38,644 nucleotides of DNA from a bacterium (lineage in GTDB: Bacteria > Patescibacteriota > Minisyncoccia > UBA6257 > 2-01-FULL-56-20). This document shows, piece by piece, positions 1 to 7,476 of the stretch. The position numbers and the translations under genes were made by a program. Under the pieces are notes generated by a model. That model made no database searches and was not told the origin of the DNA. It saw nothing but the letters and a program-made list of their open reading frames with translations. The stretch lies in assembly GCA_027310965.1 (NCBI GenBank), contig DAICZW010000003.1, forward strand, positions 1 through 38,644, read 5' to 3'. How positions within the stretch are numbered: the stretch's first letter is position 1; each line of letters begins with the position of its first letter.

Positions 1-11
1 AAAGCGGACTT

Positions 12-35
12 AAAAATCCCGCGCGCGGGATTTTT
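12..35 (-). terminator. intrinsic terminator candidate after rpmG (palindromic, usable on either strand)
   Basis: Perfect palindrome AAAAATCCCGCG|CGCGGGATTTTT. The GC stem is flanked by A/T runs and lies ~40 nt past the rpmG stop. Confidence 0.5.
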
Positions 36-77
36 ATGAACACTCTGCTTCTCCATTAATTAATAATTTAATCTCCC

Positions 78-257
78 CTATTTTCCCGTGATCTTCGCCT
101 CTTTGTGCGGCAATGTCTTGCGGCACCAATCGCAGAATTTTTTGAGCTCTATCTTCCTTTCGACCGACTTCTTATTTTTATGCGTATAATAATTCCGCCG
201 CTTGCAGACGGAGCACTTCAATACTATTAAACTGTCCGAGCGTTTTGCCTTTGCCAT
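78..257 (-). CDS. rpmG: 50S ribosomal protein L33
   Basis: 59-aa MAKAKRSDSLIVLKCSVCKRRNYYTHKNKKSVERKIELKKFCDWCRKTLPHKEAK, a typical L33 with CxxC...CxxC. I use the internal ATG at 255-257 rather than the ORF-track start at 293. Confidence 0.9.
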   Translation of the reverse strand: MAKAKRSDSLIVLKCSVCKRRNYYTHKNKKSVERKIELKKFCDWCRKTLPHKEAKITGK

Positions 258-333
258 GAAAACGATAGTACTATAAGACCCGCGAAATAGCAAATTTTTC
301 TGAAAACAACAGCACTTTAATCTCTGATTGTTG

Positions 334-406
334 AGCCACCTCCCGGATTTGAACCGGGGACCTTCGCTTTACGAAAGCGCTGCTCTACCAACTGAGCTAA
401 GGTGGC
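334..406 (-). tRNA. tRNA-Thr (anticodon CGT)
   Basis: The minus-strand read folds as GCCACCT-TA-GCTC-AGTTGGTA-GAGC-A-GCGCT-TTCGTAA-AGCGA-AGGTC-CCCGG-TTCAAAT-CCGGG-AGGTGGC-T. Anticodon loop is TT-CGT-AA. No CCA is encoded. Confidence 0.85.
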
Positions 407-422
407 GTTTCTGCTTCCTAAG

Positions 423-451
423 AATTTATCAGGTTTTTTTTATTTTTACAA
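423..451 (-). promoter_or_regulatory. candidate sigma70-like promoter for tRNA-Thr
   Basis: The minus strand reads TTGTAA - 17 nt - TAAATT, ending ~17 nt upstream of the tRNA 5' end. Confidence 0.25.
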
Positions 452-462
452 TGCGATGCTGA

Positions 463-488
463 CGTTATCCCGAAGCTTCGGGATAACG
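463..488. repeat. perfect 26-nt palindrome (13-bp arms)
   Basis: CGTTATCCCGAAG|CTTCGGGATAACG lies between the fba terminator and the tRNA-Thr promoter region. No adjacent T-run. Confidence 0.6.
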
Positions 489-510
489 AAAATATCCGGA
501 ACCAATGCTC

Positions 511-544
511 TTTTTTAAAAAAGGCGGCGAGAGATACCCGCCTT
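511..544 (-). terminator. intrinsic terminator candidate after fba
   Basis: Stem AAGGCGG/CCGCCTT (521-527 with 538-544), followed on the minus strand by TTTTAAAAAA. It lies ~115 nt past the fba stop. Confidence 0.45.
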
Positions 545-658
545 TGAAAGTACGCACTACAACTTCTTGTTTTTGCCAAGGTTCCGCAAAAAATCATTCT
601 ATAAAAATACCTCTCTCCGAGAGATTGATAATTTCCCCATCCTCCACTCATCCACTCG

Positions 659-1549
659 TCACTCCTCCTCAATGCCGTTGAACAGTTTTATCCTGTCCGT
701 AACGATCTTCTGTATTTCAAAAACCGCCGCCGGAAGGATTTTATACGGCGCGATTTCTTCGGGATTATTTTTCAATCCCGCTTCCACGCCGCGGCGCCAG
801 GCAAGGCGGAGCTCGCTCGAAACATGGATGATCGTCATGCCGGATTTCGCCGCCGCGACGAAATCTTCGTCGGCCGTGCCCGATCCGCCGTGCAGCGTCA
901 TATATTTTCCGCACGCCGCCCTGATCGCTTTGATGCGTTCGATATCGAGCCGCTTATGTTCGGCGCCGGTCACCATTGTTTTTAAAAGGCCGTGCATATT
1001 CCCCACTGCAGGCGCAAGAACATCGATACCGGTAGCCTGCACGAACCGGACCGCTTCTTCCGGCGTGGAAAGCGCGATATTATCCGGCCGCTTTTCCATC
1101 ACTTCCGACGATGTGCCAATATAACCGATCTCGCCTTCGACGACGATTTCCGGATCAATCGCGTGCGCGATGCGCACCGCCTCTTTCGTCTGCGCGATAT
1201 TTTCTTCGATCGGCAGTCCCGAACCGTCAAAAAGAATTTCATCGAAACCTGCCCCGGCGGCGGCCTTCACTCTCTCCAATGAATGCGTATGGTCGGCGTT
1301 CAGGAAAATCGGATAATCATATTCTTCCCGCATGCTCCGGATAAGCGCCGCCGCCCGGCGCACGCCGATAAAATCCCGCTCTCCTTCCGAAACGCCGATG
1401 AGGATAGGCGTGCTGTCGTGCCGCAGTGCCGTAATATTTTGGCCGGCGGCGAAAATTCCGTTGAGTGCGGCAAGTTCGGAAATATTAAAATGGCCTATGG
1501 CAACCCGCCGCGCATCCGCATCCGCCAAAGATTCACGTAATGTTTTCAT
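659..1549 (-). CDS. fba: class II fructose/tagatose-bisphosphate aldolase
   Basis: 296 aa with HFNISE, NADHTHS and TLHGGSGT motifs, and a length typical of the FbaA/KbaY family. Confidence 0.9.
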   Translation of the reverse strand: MKTLRESLADADARRVAIGHFNISELAALNGIFAAGQNITALRHDSTPILIGVSEGERDFIGVRRAAALIRSMREEYDYPIFLNADHTHSLERVKAAAGAGFDEILFDGSGLPIEENIAQTKEAVRIAHAIDPEIVVEGEIGYIGTSSEVMEKRPDNIALSTPEEAVRFVQATGIDVLAPAVGNMHGLLKTMVTGAEHKRLDIERIKAIRAACGKYMTLHGGSGTADEDFVAAAKSGMTIIHVSSELRLAWRRGVEAGLKNNPEEIAPYKILPAAVFEIQKIVTDRIKLFNGIEEE

Positions 1550-1592
1550 TGATATGATATGGTGATTACCCCCCTTTTTTTTGAATTGCTCC

Positions 1593-2597
1593 TTATATCG
1601 GTTTCGGTTTATAATTTTTCGGCGCTTTTTTGAGCAGCGAAAGCAGTGCCTGTTTTTTCAAAAGTCCCGTCTGTGCTCCGAAGTATTGGACGACGTGCAT
1701 TGATTCGATCGGCGCCCAGCGGAGCGCGTCATAGATCGGAAAGCCGTAGATCAAAGCGCAAAGAAAACCGGTCGAAAAAGCGTCACCCGCGCCCGTGCGC
1801 GAAATAGGCGGCCTTGGATCCGGATACGGCGGCATGAAAAAACGATGGCCGCCGTCCGAAGCGTACGCTCCTTTCGGTCCGTCCGTGATGACCACGATCT
1901 TCGGCCCGAGTTTGTGTAATTTTTCAAACAGCGGCACGATGTCCGATTTTTTGCTTCCCGTCACCAGTTCCGCTTCCTCGCGATTCACAAAAAGAACATG
2001 CGTCAGACGATAGATCTCTTTTAATTTTTCCGGTCCGAACTGCAGCTGGAACGTGCCGGGATTAAAACCCATTTTCACGCCGGGATGTTTTTTCACGAAA
2101 TCGGCAACTTTCTTATGAAACGGCAGAGTATGTTCGCCGATGGACGAAAAATAGAGCCAATCGGCATGACGGTCGATGTCGGCCGGCTCGAAATAATCGT
2201 AATCGTTGTGCTTAATGAGGATTGTCCGCTCGGCCTTGAAATTCAATACAAAATGATAGTTCGTCGGCTTTTGTTTGTTCAATTTCACGAACTTCGTAGC
2301 CACGCCCTCTTTCCGGAAAACACCGATGATCTCCTTCCCGTAATGATCGCCGCCAACCGCGGTAAGAAATGCTGTCTGCAGACCGAGACGGCTCGCACCT
2401 ACGGCGACATTCGCGGCATTACCGACGCCGGGAACTATCGTGACCGATTCGTACGGAATCTTGTCCGCGAACGGCATGCATAATTGGGGGTGTTCACGGT
2501 CGGCGCCGAAACGCACCGACGCCACCTGTAGCGTTACAAAGCAATCGGTCGTGCAATCGCCGATGCAAACAAGATCGTATTTTGATTTTTGCGGCAT
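1593..2597 (-). CDS. PfkB-family carbohydrate kinase (substrate not assignable)
   Basis: 334 aa with the C-terminal TGAGDAFSTGF signature of the ribokinase/PfkB fold and an N-terminal GDCTTD region. Confidence 0.8.
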   Translation of the reverse strand: MPQKSKYDLVCIGDCTTDCFVTLQVASVRFGADREHPQLCMPFADKIPYESVTIVPGVGNAANVAVGASRLGLQTAFLTAVGGDHYGKEIIGVFRKEGVATKFVKLNKQKPTNYHFVLNFKAERTILIKHNDYDYFEPADIDRHADWLYFSSIGEHTLPFHKKVADFVKKHPGVKMGFNPGTFQLQFGPEKLKEIYRLTHVLFVNREEAELVTGSKKSDIVPLFEKLHKLGPKIVVITDGPKGAYASDGGHRFFMPPYPDPRPPISRTGAGDAFSTGFLCALIYGFPIYDALRWAPIESMHVVQYFGAQTGLLKKQALLSLLKKAPKNYKPKPI

Positions 2598-2704
2598 GTT
2601 TGAATTGTGCAGGATTTATTTCCTTTATTTATTTCCTTTATGGTATCATAAAAACATCTCCGCGTCATCCGGAAAGCGACGATTTGACAAAAAAATTAAT
2701 AGAA

Positions 2705-2710
2705 TATGAT
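2705..2710 (+). promoter_or_regulatory. -10-like hexamer TATGAT, 6 nt before the GGDEF start (leaderless geometry)
   Basis: TATGAT-ttaagc-ATG(2717). Confidence 0.35.
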
Positions 2711-2716
2711 TTAAGC

Positions 2717-3451
2717 ATGGAGAAAGAACCATTCGAAAGTCAAAATTCGATAGAAAATCCGGCCGAAACCGAAACGAAGGAATCCTTCATTCAGGAAATC
2801 GGGCGGTTGAACGCGGAAAACGGACAATTGAAAACGGAAAACAATCAGCTTAAAACAGATAAAGAGCGCCTTGCGGAGGAAAATAAACGGCTAAACAAAC
2901 TCGCTACGAAGGATCTCTTGACGGGAGTGGATAATCGACACGGATTTTTAGAAAAGATAAACGGCATCATCGATAAGACATGGCCACCCGAACCAGAAAG
3001 ACGCGATCCAGAGCAGAAACACGAACCAGGAGCCGTTTTGATTATCGATATCGATGATTTTAAGAAAATAAACGATACCTATGGTCACGCAGCCGGCGAT
3101 GAGGTCTTGCGCCAGATTGCAGAAGAGCTGCAAAAAATAACCAGAGGAAACAACGACATCGTAGCCCGCTGGGGCGGAGAAGAATTCGTCATCTTTTTTC
3201 AAGACACCGATGCGGAAAAAGTTATCGAAAAATTTTACGATGAAGAAACGGGGCAAGCGCAGAAAATTTTTTACGCCGCTGTCGGCGAAGAAAAATCCCC
3301 TCTGCTCATAACCCTCAGCGGCGGCGTGACGGATATTATTGAAGGGAAAAACATCGAGGAAATTATAGATATGGCCGATAAACTGCTCTACCGGGCAAAA
3401 GAAGAAGGGAAAAACAGGATCTACCGGACGGAAAAAATGAACAATAATTAA
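2717..3451 (+). CDS. diguanylate cyclase (coiled-coil N-terminus + GGDEF domain)
   Basis: Motifs RWGGEEF, DIDDFKKINDTYGHAAGD and YRAKEEGKNR. The N-terminus carries ENGQLKTENNQLKTDKERLAEENKRL heptads. Start moved to ATG 2717 because the track start at 2582 overlaps the pfkB start. Confidence 0.85.
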   Translation: MEKEPFESQNSIENPAETETKESFIQEIGRLNAENGQLKTENNQLKTDKERLAEENKRLNKLATKDLLTGVDNRHGFLEKINGIIDKTWPPEPERRDPEQKHEPGAVLIIDIDDFKKINDTYGHAAGDEVLRQIAEELQKITRGNNDIVARWGGEEFVIFFQDTDAEKVIEKFYDEETGQAQKIFYAAVGEEKSPLLITLSGGVTDIIEGKNIEEIIDMADKLLYRAKEEGKNRIYRTEKMNNN

Positions 3452-3484
3452 AATAATGCGCTGTCCGGCGCATTATTTTTTTCA
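3451..3484. terminator. bidirectional intrinsic terminator between the convergent GGDEF gene and tkt
   Basis: 11-bp stem AAATAATGCGC/GCGCATTATTT with loop TGTCCG, followed by a T-run. Confidence 0.6.
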
Positions 3485-3600
3485 CAAAAGTTTTTTTACG
3501 GCATTTATGACGCTTTTCGCGCCGTGCCGTATTTTCAAAAAGATCCCCCTCTAGAGAAGAGAATGAGCCGTGGAGGAGCCTCTTTTTTGGAAAAGGAGCG

Positions 3601-4602
3601 TTATTTTCTCTTTATAGCTTTTTTAACGGCAATGACAATGCTCTTGACGTCCATATTATATTTTTCAAGAAGCTGGGCGGGCTGGCCCGACTCGCCAAAA
3701 CCGTCGCGCATGCCGACGAATTCCATCGGCACCGGATGATATTTCGCCAGAGTCTCCGCAACCGCACCGCCAAGTCCTCCCGCAATCTGATGCTCCTCGA
3801 CCGTAACGACGGCGCCGGTTTTTTTTACGCATTCGATTATTTTTCTCTCGTCAAGCGGCTTTATCGTATGGCAGTTCAGCACGATCACGCCGATCTTTTC
3901 CTTTTCAAGTTCGCGCGCGGCGGCAAGCGCGTTATAAGTGATAGCGCCGCAGACGATGATCGATACTTCCGGTTTTTTAATGCCGGCCGACGGAATCCAG
4001 AATATCTCCGCTTTCCCCGGCGCATAAGGCGTTTCAGTCGTCGTCATGACCGGCGTCTTTTCGCGCTGGAACCGCAGGTAAACCGGACCCCAGATATGCG
4101 CGGCGGCTTCGGTCGCCTTCCGCGCTTCAATGGCGTCGCACGGCACGAATACTTTCATATTCGGCATCGTCCGCATAATGGCGATATCTTCCGTAGCCTG
4201 ATGCGTTGCGCCGTCGGGTCCCACGGAAATGCCGGCATGATGCCCCGCGATTTTCACGTTCGAATCATTGTACGCAATCGTCGTCCGGATCTGTTCCCAA
4301 TTCCGTCCCGGAGAAAAAGTCGCGTACGACGCGATGAACGGGATCTTCCCGCTGATACCCAGACCCGCGGCGACGGTCGCCATATTCTGCTCCGCAACGC
4401 CAAGCTCAAAAAACCGCCCGGGAAATTTTTTGGCGAACGCTTCGGTGCGCGTCGATTCCGTAAGATCGGCGCACAACGCGACGACATTCTGATCCGCATC
4501 GCCCGCAGCCACCAAACCGTCGCCGTAACCGTCGCGCGTCGGCCTCTGTTCGGCATCGGCATCGAATAATTTCGGATTTAAATGTAATGCGGGATTAAGC
4601 AT
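3601..4602 (-). CDS. tkt: transketolase, C-terminal (pyrimidine-binding + C-terminal domain) subunit
   Basis: 333 aa with FFELGVAEQNM and the Pyr/C-terminal transketolase layout. It is encoded separately from the TPP-binding half. Confidence 0.9.
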   Translation of the reverse strand: MLNPALHLNPKLFDADAEQRPTRDGYGDGLVAAGDADQNVVALCADLTESTRTEAFAKKFPGRFFELGVAEQNMATVAAGLGISGKIPFIASYATFSPGRNWEQIRTTIAYNDSNVKIAGHHAGISVGPDGATHQATEDIAIMRTMPNMKVFVPCDAIEARKATEAAAHIWGPVYLRFQREKTPVMTTTETPYAPGKAEIFWIPSAGIKKPEVSIIVCGAITYNALAAARELEKEKIGVIVLNCHTIKPLDERKIIECVKKTGAVVTVEEHQIAGGLGGAVAETLAKYHPVPMEFVGMRDGFGESGQPAQLLEKYNMDVKSIVIAVKKAIKRK

Positions 4603-4714
4603 GCGTCGTAGTGTTATAATGTTCTAATTCTAATATTGTAATGTTCTCATGGCTGAGCGTTGATTCAGTGTTGTATTTTCACTATAACACTACACCATGA
4701 GAATATTACATCTT
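4603..4714 (-). repeat. IG-1 spacer element, copy a (fills the whole tktN-tktC spacer)
   Basis: Words TAGTGTTATAATGTTCTAAT and ATTGTAATGTTCTCATGG lie on the low-coordinate side. Their complements TATAACACTAC and CCATGAGAATATTACA lie on the high side. The core carries GAGCGTTGATTCA. Confidence 0.8.
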
Positions 4715-5575
4715 TCATTCGTGTTCGCTTTTTATCTTGCCGCCCAATGTCCGCAGTTCCTTTAAGGCATGTTCCGCCTCCCCGGGTTTGAATGTTTTTG
4801 AATGCCATAAATAATCCTTCTCCATAAAATCAACCCCTTTGCCGGCAATCGTATGCGCGATGATTGCCGTCGGCTTTTCATAGATCGCCCGCGCCTCGGC
4901 GGCCGCCGCGATAATCTGCTCGAAGCTATGCCCGTCAATCTCAAGCACGTGCCAATTGAACGATTCGTATTTTTCACGCAAAGGTTCGAGCGGCATGACG
5001 TTCTCGGTGAAGCCGTCGATCTGGATATTGTTCCGGTCAATGACCACGGTCAGATTATTCAGGCGGTTTTTGCCCGCGAACATGACCGCCTCCCACGTGT
5101 TCCCTTCTTCGTGCTCGCCGTCGGACGTGAGGCAGTAGGTCTGCCATTTCTTGGCATCCAGTTTCGCCGCAAGCGCGATGCCGATGCTCTGCGCGATGCC
5201 GGATCCCAGCGGCCCCGATGTCGTTTCGATGCCCGGCAAAGCGCCGCGATGCGGATGACCCTGCAACCGCGTGCCGAGCCGGCGCAACGTCCTCAATTCT
5301 TCAACGGGAAAATATCCCGCGTGCGCAAGCACCGCATACTGCACGGGACAGATATGGCCGTTCGAAAGAATAAGCCGGTCGCGCTCGGGCCACGCCGGAT
5401 GCTTCGGATCGTGTTTCAAAATATGGAAATAAAACGCCGCGAAAACATCCGCCATGCCAAGCGGTCCCGCGATATGGCCGGAGCCGGCGCGCGAAACCAT
5501 GGCAATCACGTCCTCACGGAGGCGATTCGCCATGAACTCGAGCGATTTCAATTTTTTTTCGGTAAGAGGCTCCAT
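4715..5575 (-). CDS. tkt: transketolase, N-terminal (TPP-binding) subunit
   Basis: 286 aa with GHIAGPLGMADV and SDGEHEEGNTWEA motifs. Ends with TGA. Confidence 0.9.
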   Translation of the reverse strand: MEPLTEKKLKSLEFMANRLREDVIAMVSRAGSGHIAGPLGMADVFAAFYFHILKHDPKHPAWPERDRLILSNGHICPVQYAVLAHAGYFPVEELRTLRRLGTRLQGHPHRGALPGIETTSGPLGSGIAQSIGIALAAKLDAKKWQTYCLTSDGEHEEGNTWEAVMFAGKNRLNNLTVVIDRNNIQIDGFTENVMPLEPLREKYESFNWHVLEIDGHSFEQIIAAAAEARAIYEKPTAIIAHTIAGKGVDFMEKDYLWHSKTFKPGEAEHALKELRTLGGKIKSEHE

Positions 5576-5660
5576 AGATGTTGTAGTGTCCTAAATGTTC
5601 TAATACTGTAATGACAGAGAGCGTTGCATTCTCACCATAACACTACAACATTACAACTCT
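5576..5660 (-). repeat. IG-1 spacer element, copy b
   Basis: ATGTTGTAGTGT (5578-5589) is perfectly complementary to ACACTACAACAT (5640-5651). The core carries GAGCGTTGCATTC. Confidence 0.8.
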
Positions 5661-6170
5661 TCATTTTTTTATGACTTGATAATGTAATTGTATCTCATTT
5701 TCCGCTATCTTTTTCGTGCCAAGCAATTTCAAACGTTTTTCAAAATCGGATCCGTTCACAAGCGATATCCCTTGGCTCAGAATAATTGGTTCAATGTCCA
5801 AATATATCTCATCGACGAGATCATCTTTCAAAAAAGAACCGTTCAAAATCGCACCTCCCGCCACGACAACATTCTCGAAATTACTTAATAATCCCAGTGC
5901 TTCTTTTGGCGAACCGGCAATACTATGTTTTTTACCGAGAGGCTCGAATGATTTATTGGAAACTATCACGACTTTGACATTCTCAAACTCTTTGAATTCC
6001 GGCTGCTTCGTAATGATATCATACGTCCGATGGCCCAAAATAACATTGCCTGCCGTCCGCACCATGGCGCTATAACTATCCCATTCTTCTTTGGAAATAA
6101 AACTGGCATCATCATCCTCCTTTGCGATAAAACCATTCACCGTTATCGCCATATAAAGAATTACTTTCAT
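5661..6170 (-). CDS. RibD_C / dihydrofolate-reductase-like family protein
   Basis: 169 aa starting MKVILYMAITVNGFIAKEDDD, with ...VVAGGAILNGSF.... The layout is typical of the YwjB/RibD C-terminal family. GC is visibly lower than in neighbouring genes. Confidence 0.7.
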   Translation of the reverse strand: MKVILYMAITVNGFIAKEDDDASFISKEEWDSYSAMVRTAGNVILGHRTYDIITKQPEFKEFENVKVVIVSNKSFEPLGKKHSIAGSPKEALGLLSNFENVVVAGGAILNGSFLKDDLVDEIYLDIEPIILSQGISLVNGSDFEKRLKLLGTKKIAENEIQLHYQVIKK

Positions 6171-6264
6171 GGTATGGATTTTAATTCTTTATTTTTACAG
6201 AAAGCGTGAATCCTCAGCCAAGCTGAGAACGACATGCGAACTTTATTACGACACTACAACATTA
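6171..6264 (-). repeat. composite spacer: REP-like hairpin (6204-6236) plus an IG-1 half element (6248-6264)
   Basis: GCGTGAATCCTCAGCcaaGCTGAGAACGACATG is followed by ACGACACTACAACATTA, which overlaps the rpe stop codon. Confidence 0.7.
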
Positions 6265-6915
6265 GAACTCTAGAACCCGCAGCGCTTCATATGCTTTCGC
6301 CGGATCGGCGCTTCCGAAAATATAGGCGCCCGATGCGATCGTATCGGCGCCGGCATCTTTCACCAATGCGGCCGTTTCGGGATTCATGCCGCCGTCCACT
6401 TCTATCATTATAGCACCTTCGCGTTTTAAAAACTTTATTTTTTCGAGTGCCGACGGATCAAACGATTGCCCCGCAGGCCCCGGACGGACAGCAAGCACCA
6501 AAAATTCCGAGAATAAACCGAGATAAGGATTTAATGCTTCAATCGGCGTATCGGGATTTGAGGCAAGCATCACCGTCGCGCCGGTTCCTTTTTCGCCGCC
6601 GGCCGCCGCCAGGATATTCCGCGCCGACGCGACGGTAATCGTTTCAACGTGCACGATGATCCGTTGCGCGCCCGCCGCGCGCCATGCCGCAATATAATCT
6701 TCGGGTCGCGCGACCATCAAATGGACCTCCTTATTGAACGGAATGCCCATCGCCGCGAACGCCGCGGGATCGTGCCATGTCGCGTGCGCCGAAAAAATAC
6801 CGTCGGTCACGTCAATATGGATCCAGTCATCGGTACGCATAAATTTTTTCGCGGCGGCGATTTTCTCTTCGACGCACGCGCGATCGGGACAGTTGATGAC
6901 GGTAATGACATCCAT
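6262..6915 (-). CDS. rpe: ribulose-phosphate 3-epimerase (diverged)
   Basis: 217 aa with IHIDVTDG, HLMV, VHVE, RPGPAGQSF and EVDGG, the TIM-barrel motif order of Rpe. Confidence 0.75.
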   Translation of the reverse strand: MDVITVINCPDRACVEEKIAAAKKFMRTDDWIHIDVTDGIFSAHATWHDPAAFAAMGIPFNKEVHLMVARPEDYIAAWRAAGAQRIIVHVETITVASARNILAAAGGEKGTGATVMLASNPDTPIEALNPYLGLFSEFLVLAVRPGPAGQSFDPSALEKIKFLKREGAIMIEVDGGMNPETAALVKDAGADTIASGAYIFGSADPAKAYEALRVLEF

Positions 6916-7008
6916 GCTTTGATGTTGTAACGATGCAATGTTCTCAATGTTGCAATGAAAAACCGCCGCTCCATCACTAAAACATTACAACACTGCAACG
7001 CTTTACGT
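6916..7008 (-). repeat. IG-1 spacer element, copy d
   Basis: GATGTTGTAACGATGCAATGTTCTCAATGTTGCAATG ... AAAACATTACAACACTGCAACG. Confidence 0.75.
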
Positions 7009-7461
7009 TTATCTCTCTGGTTCGCTTTCCCTTATTTTCTCGAGACGGCGCGCATAGCGCTCCTCTTTCCCGAACGGTGCCGCGAGAAATGTTTTTACAA
7101 TCTGGTCCGCCGTTTCTTCATCCGTAAAATCAGCCGCGAGACAGAGCACGTTCGCGTCGCTGTCATGGCGCGCCTGATACACATGGTCGGCCGATGCCGG
7201 AAGCGCCGCACGGACATTTTTATATTTATTCGCCGCAATAGTCATTCCGAAACCCGATCCGCAGATCAGGATCCCGCGATCGGTGTCCGGCGCGGCGCCT
7301 ACATGCTTCGCGACCGGCCGCGCATAATCGGGATAGTCGTCGTTTTTATCGTACACCACGGCACCGACGTCGACGACATCATACGCCTCGTTCTTTAAAA
7401 CACTCTTCAGGTGCTCTTTCAATTTAAATCCGCGATGATCCGCGCCTATGTAAATGGTCAT
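7009..7461 (-). CDS. rpiB: ribose-5-phosphate isomerase B
   Basis: 150 aa with IGADHRGF and ICGSGFGMTIAANK. Confidence 0.9.
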   Translation of the reverse strand: MTIYIGADHRGFKLKEHLKSVLKNEAYDVVDVGAVVYDKNDDYPDYARPVAKHVGAAPDTDRGILICGSGFGMTIAANKYKNVRAALPASADHVYQARHDSDANVLCLAADFTDEETADQIVKTFLAAPFGKEERYARRLEKIRESEPER

Positions 7462-7476
7462 ACGATAAAATTTTGA

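Noticed and set aside
4603-7008. Reading the repeated GTTGTAATGTT-type words as a CRISPR array
   Set aside because: The words are 7-16 nt, occur as complementary pairs, are irregularly spaced and are separated by full-length genes. There is no repeat-spacer periodicity and there are no cas genes.
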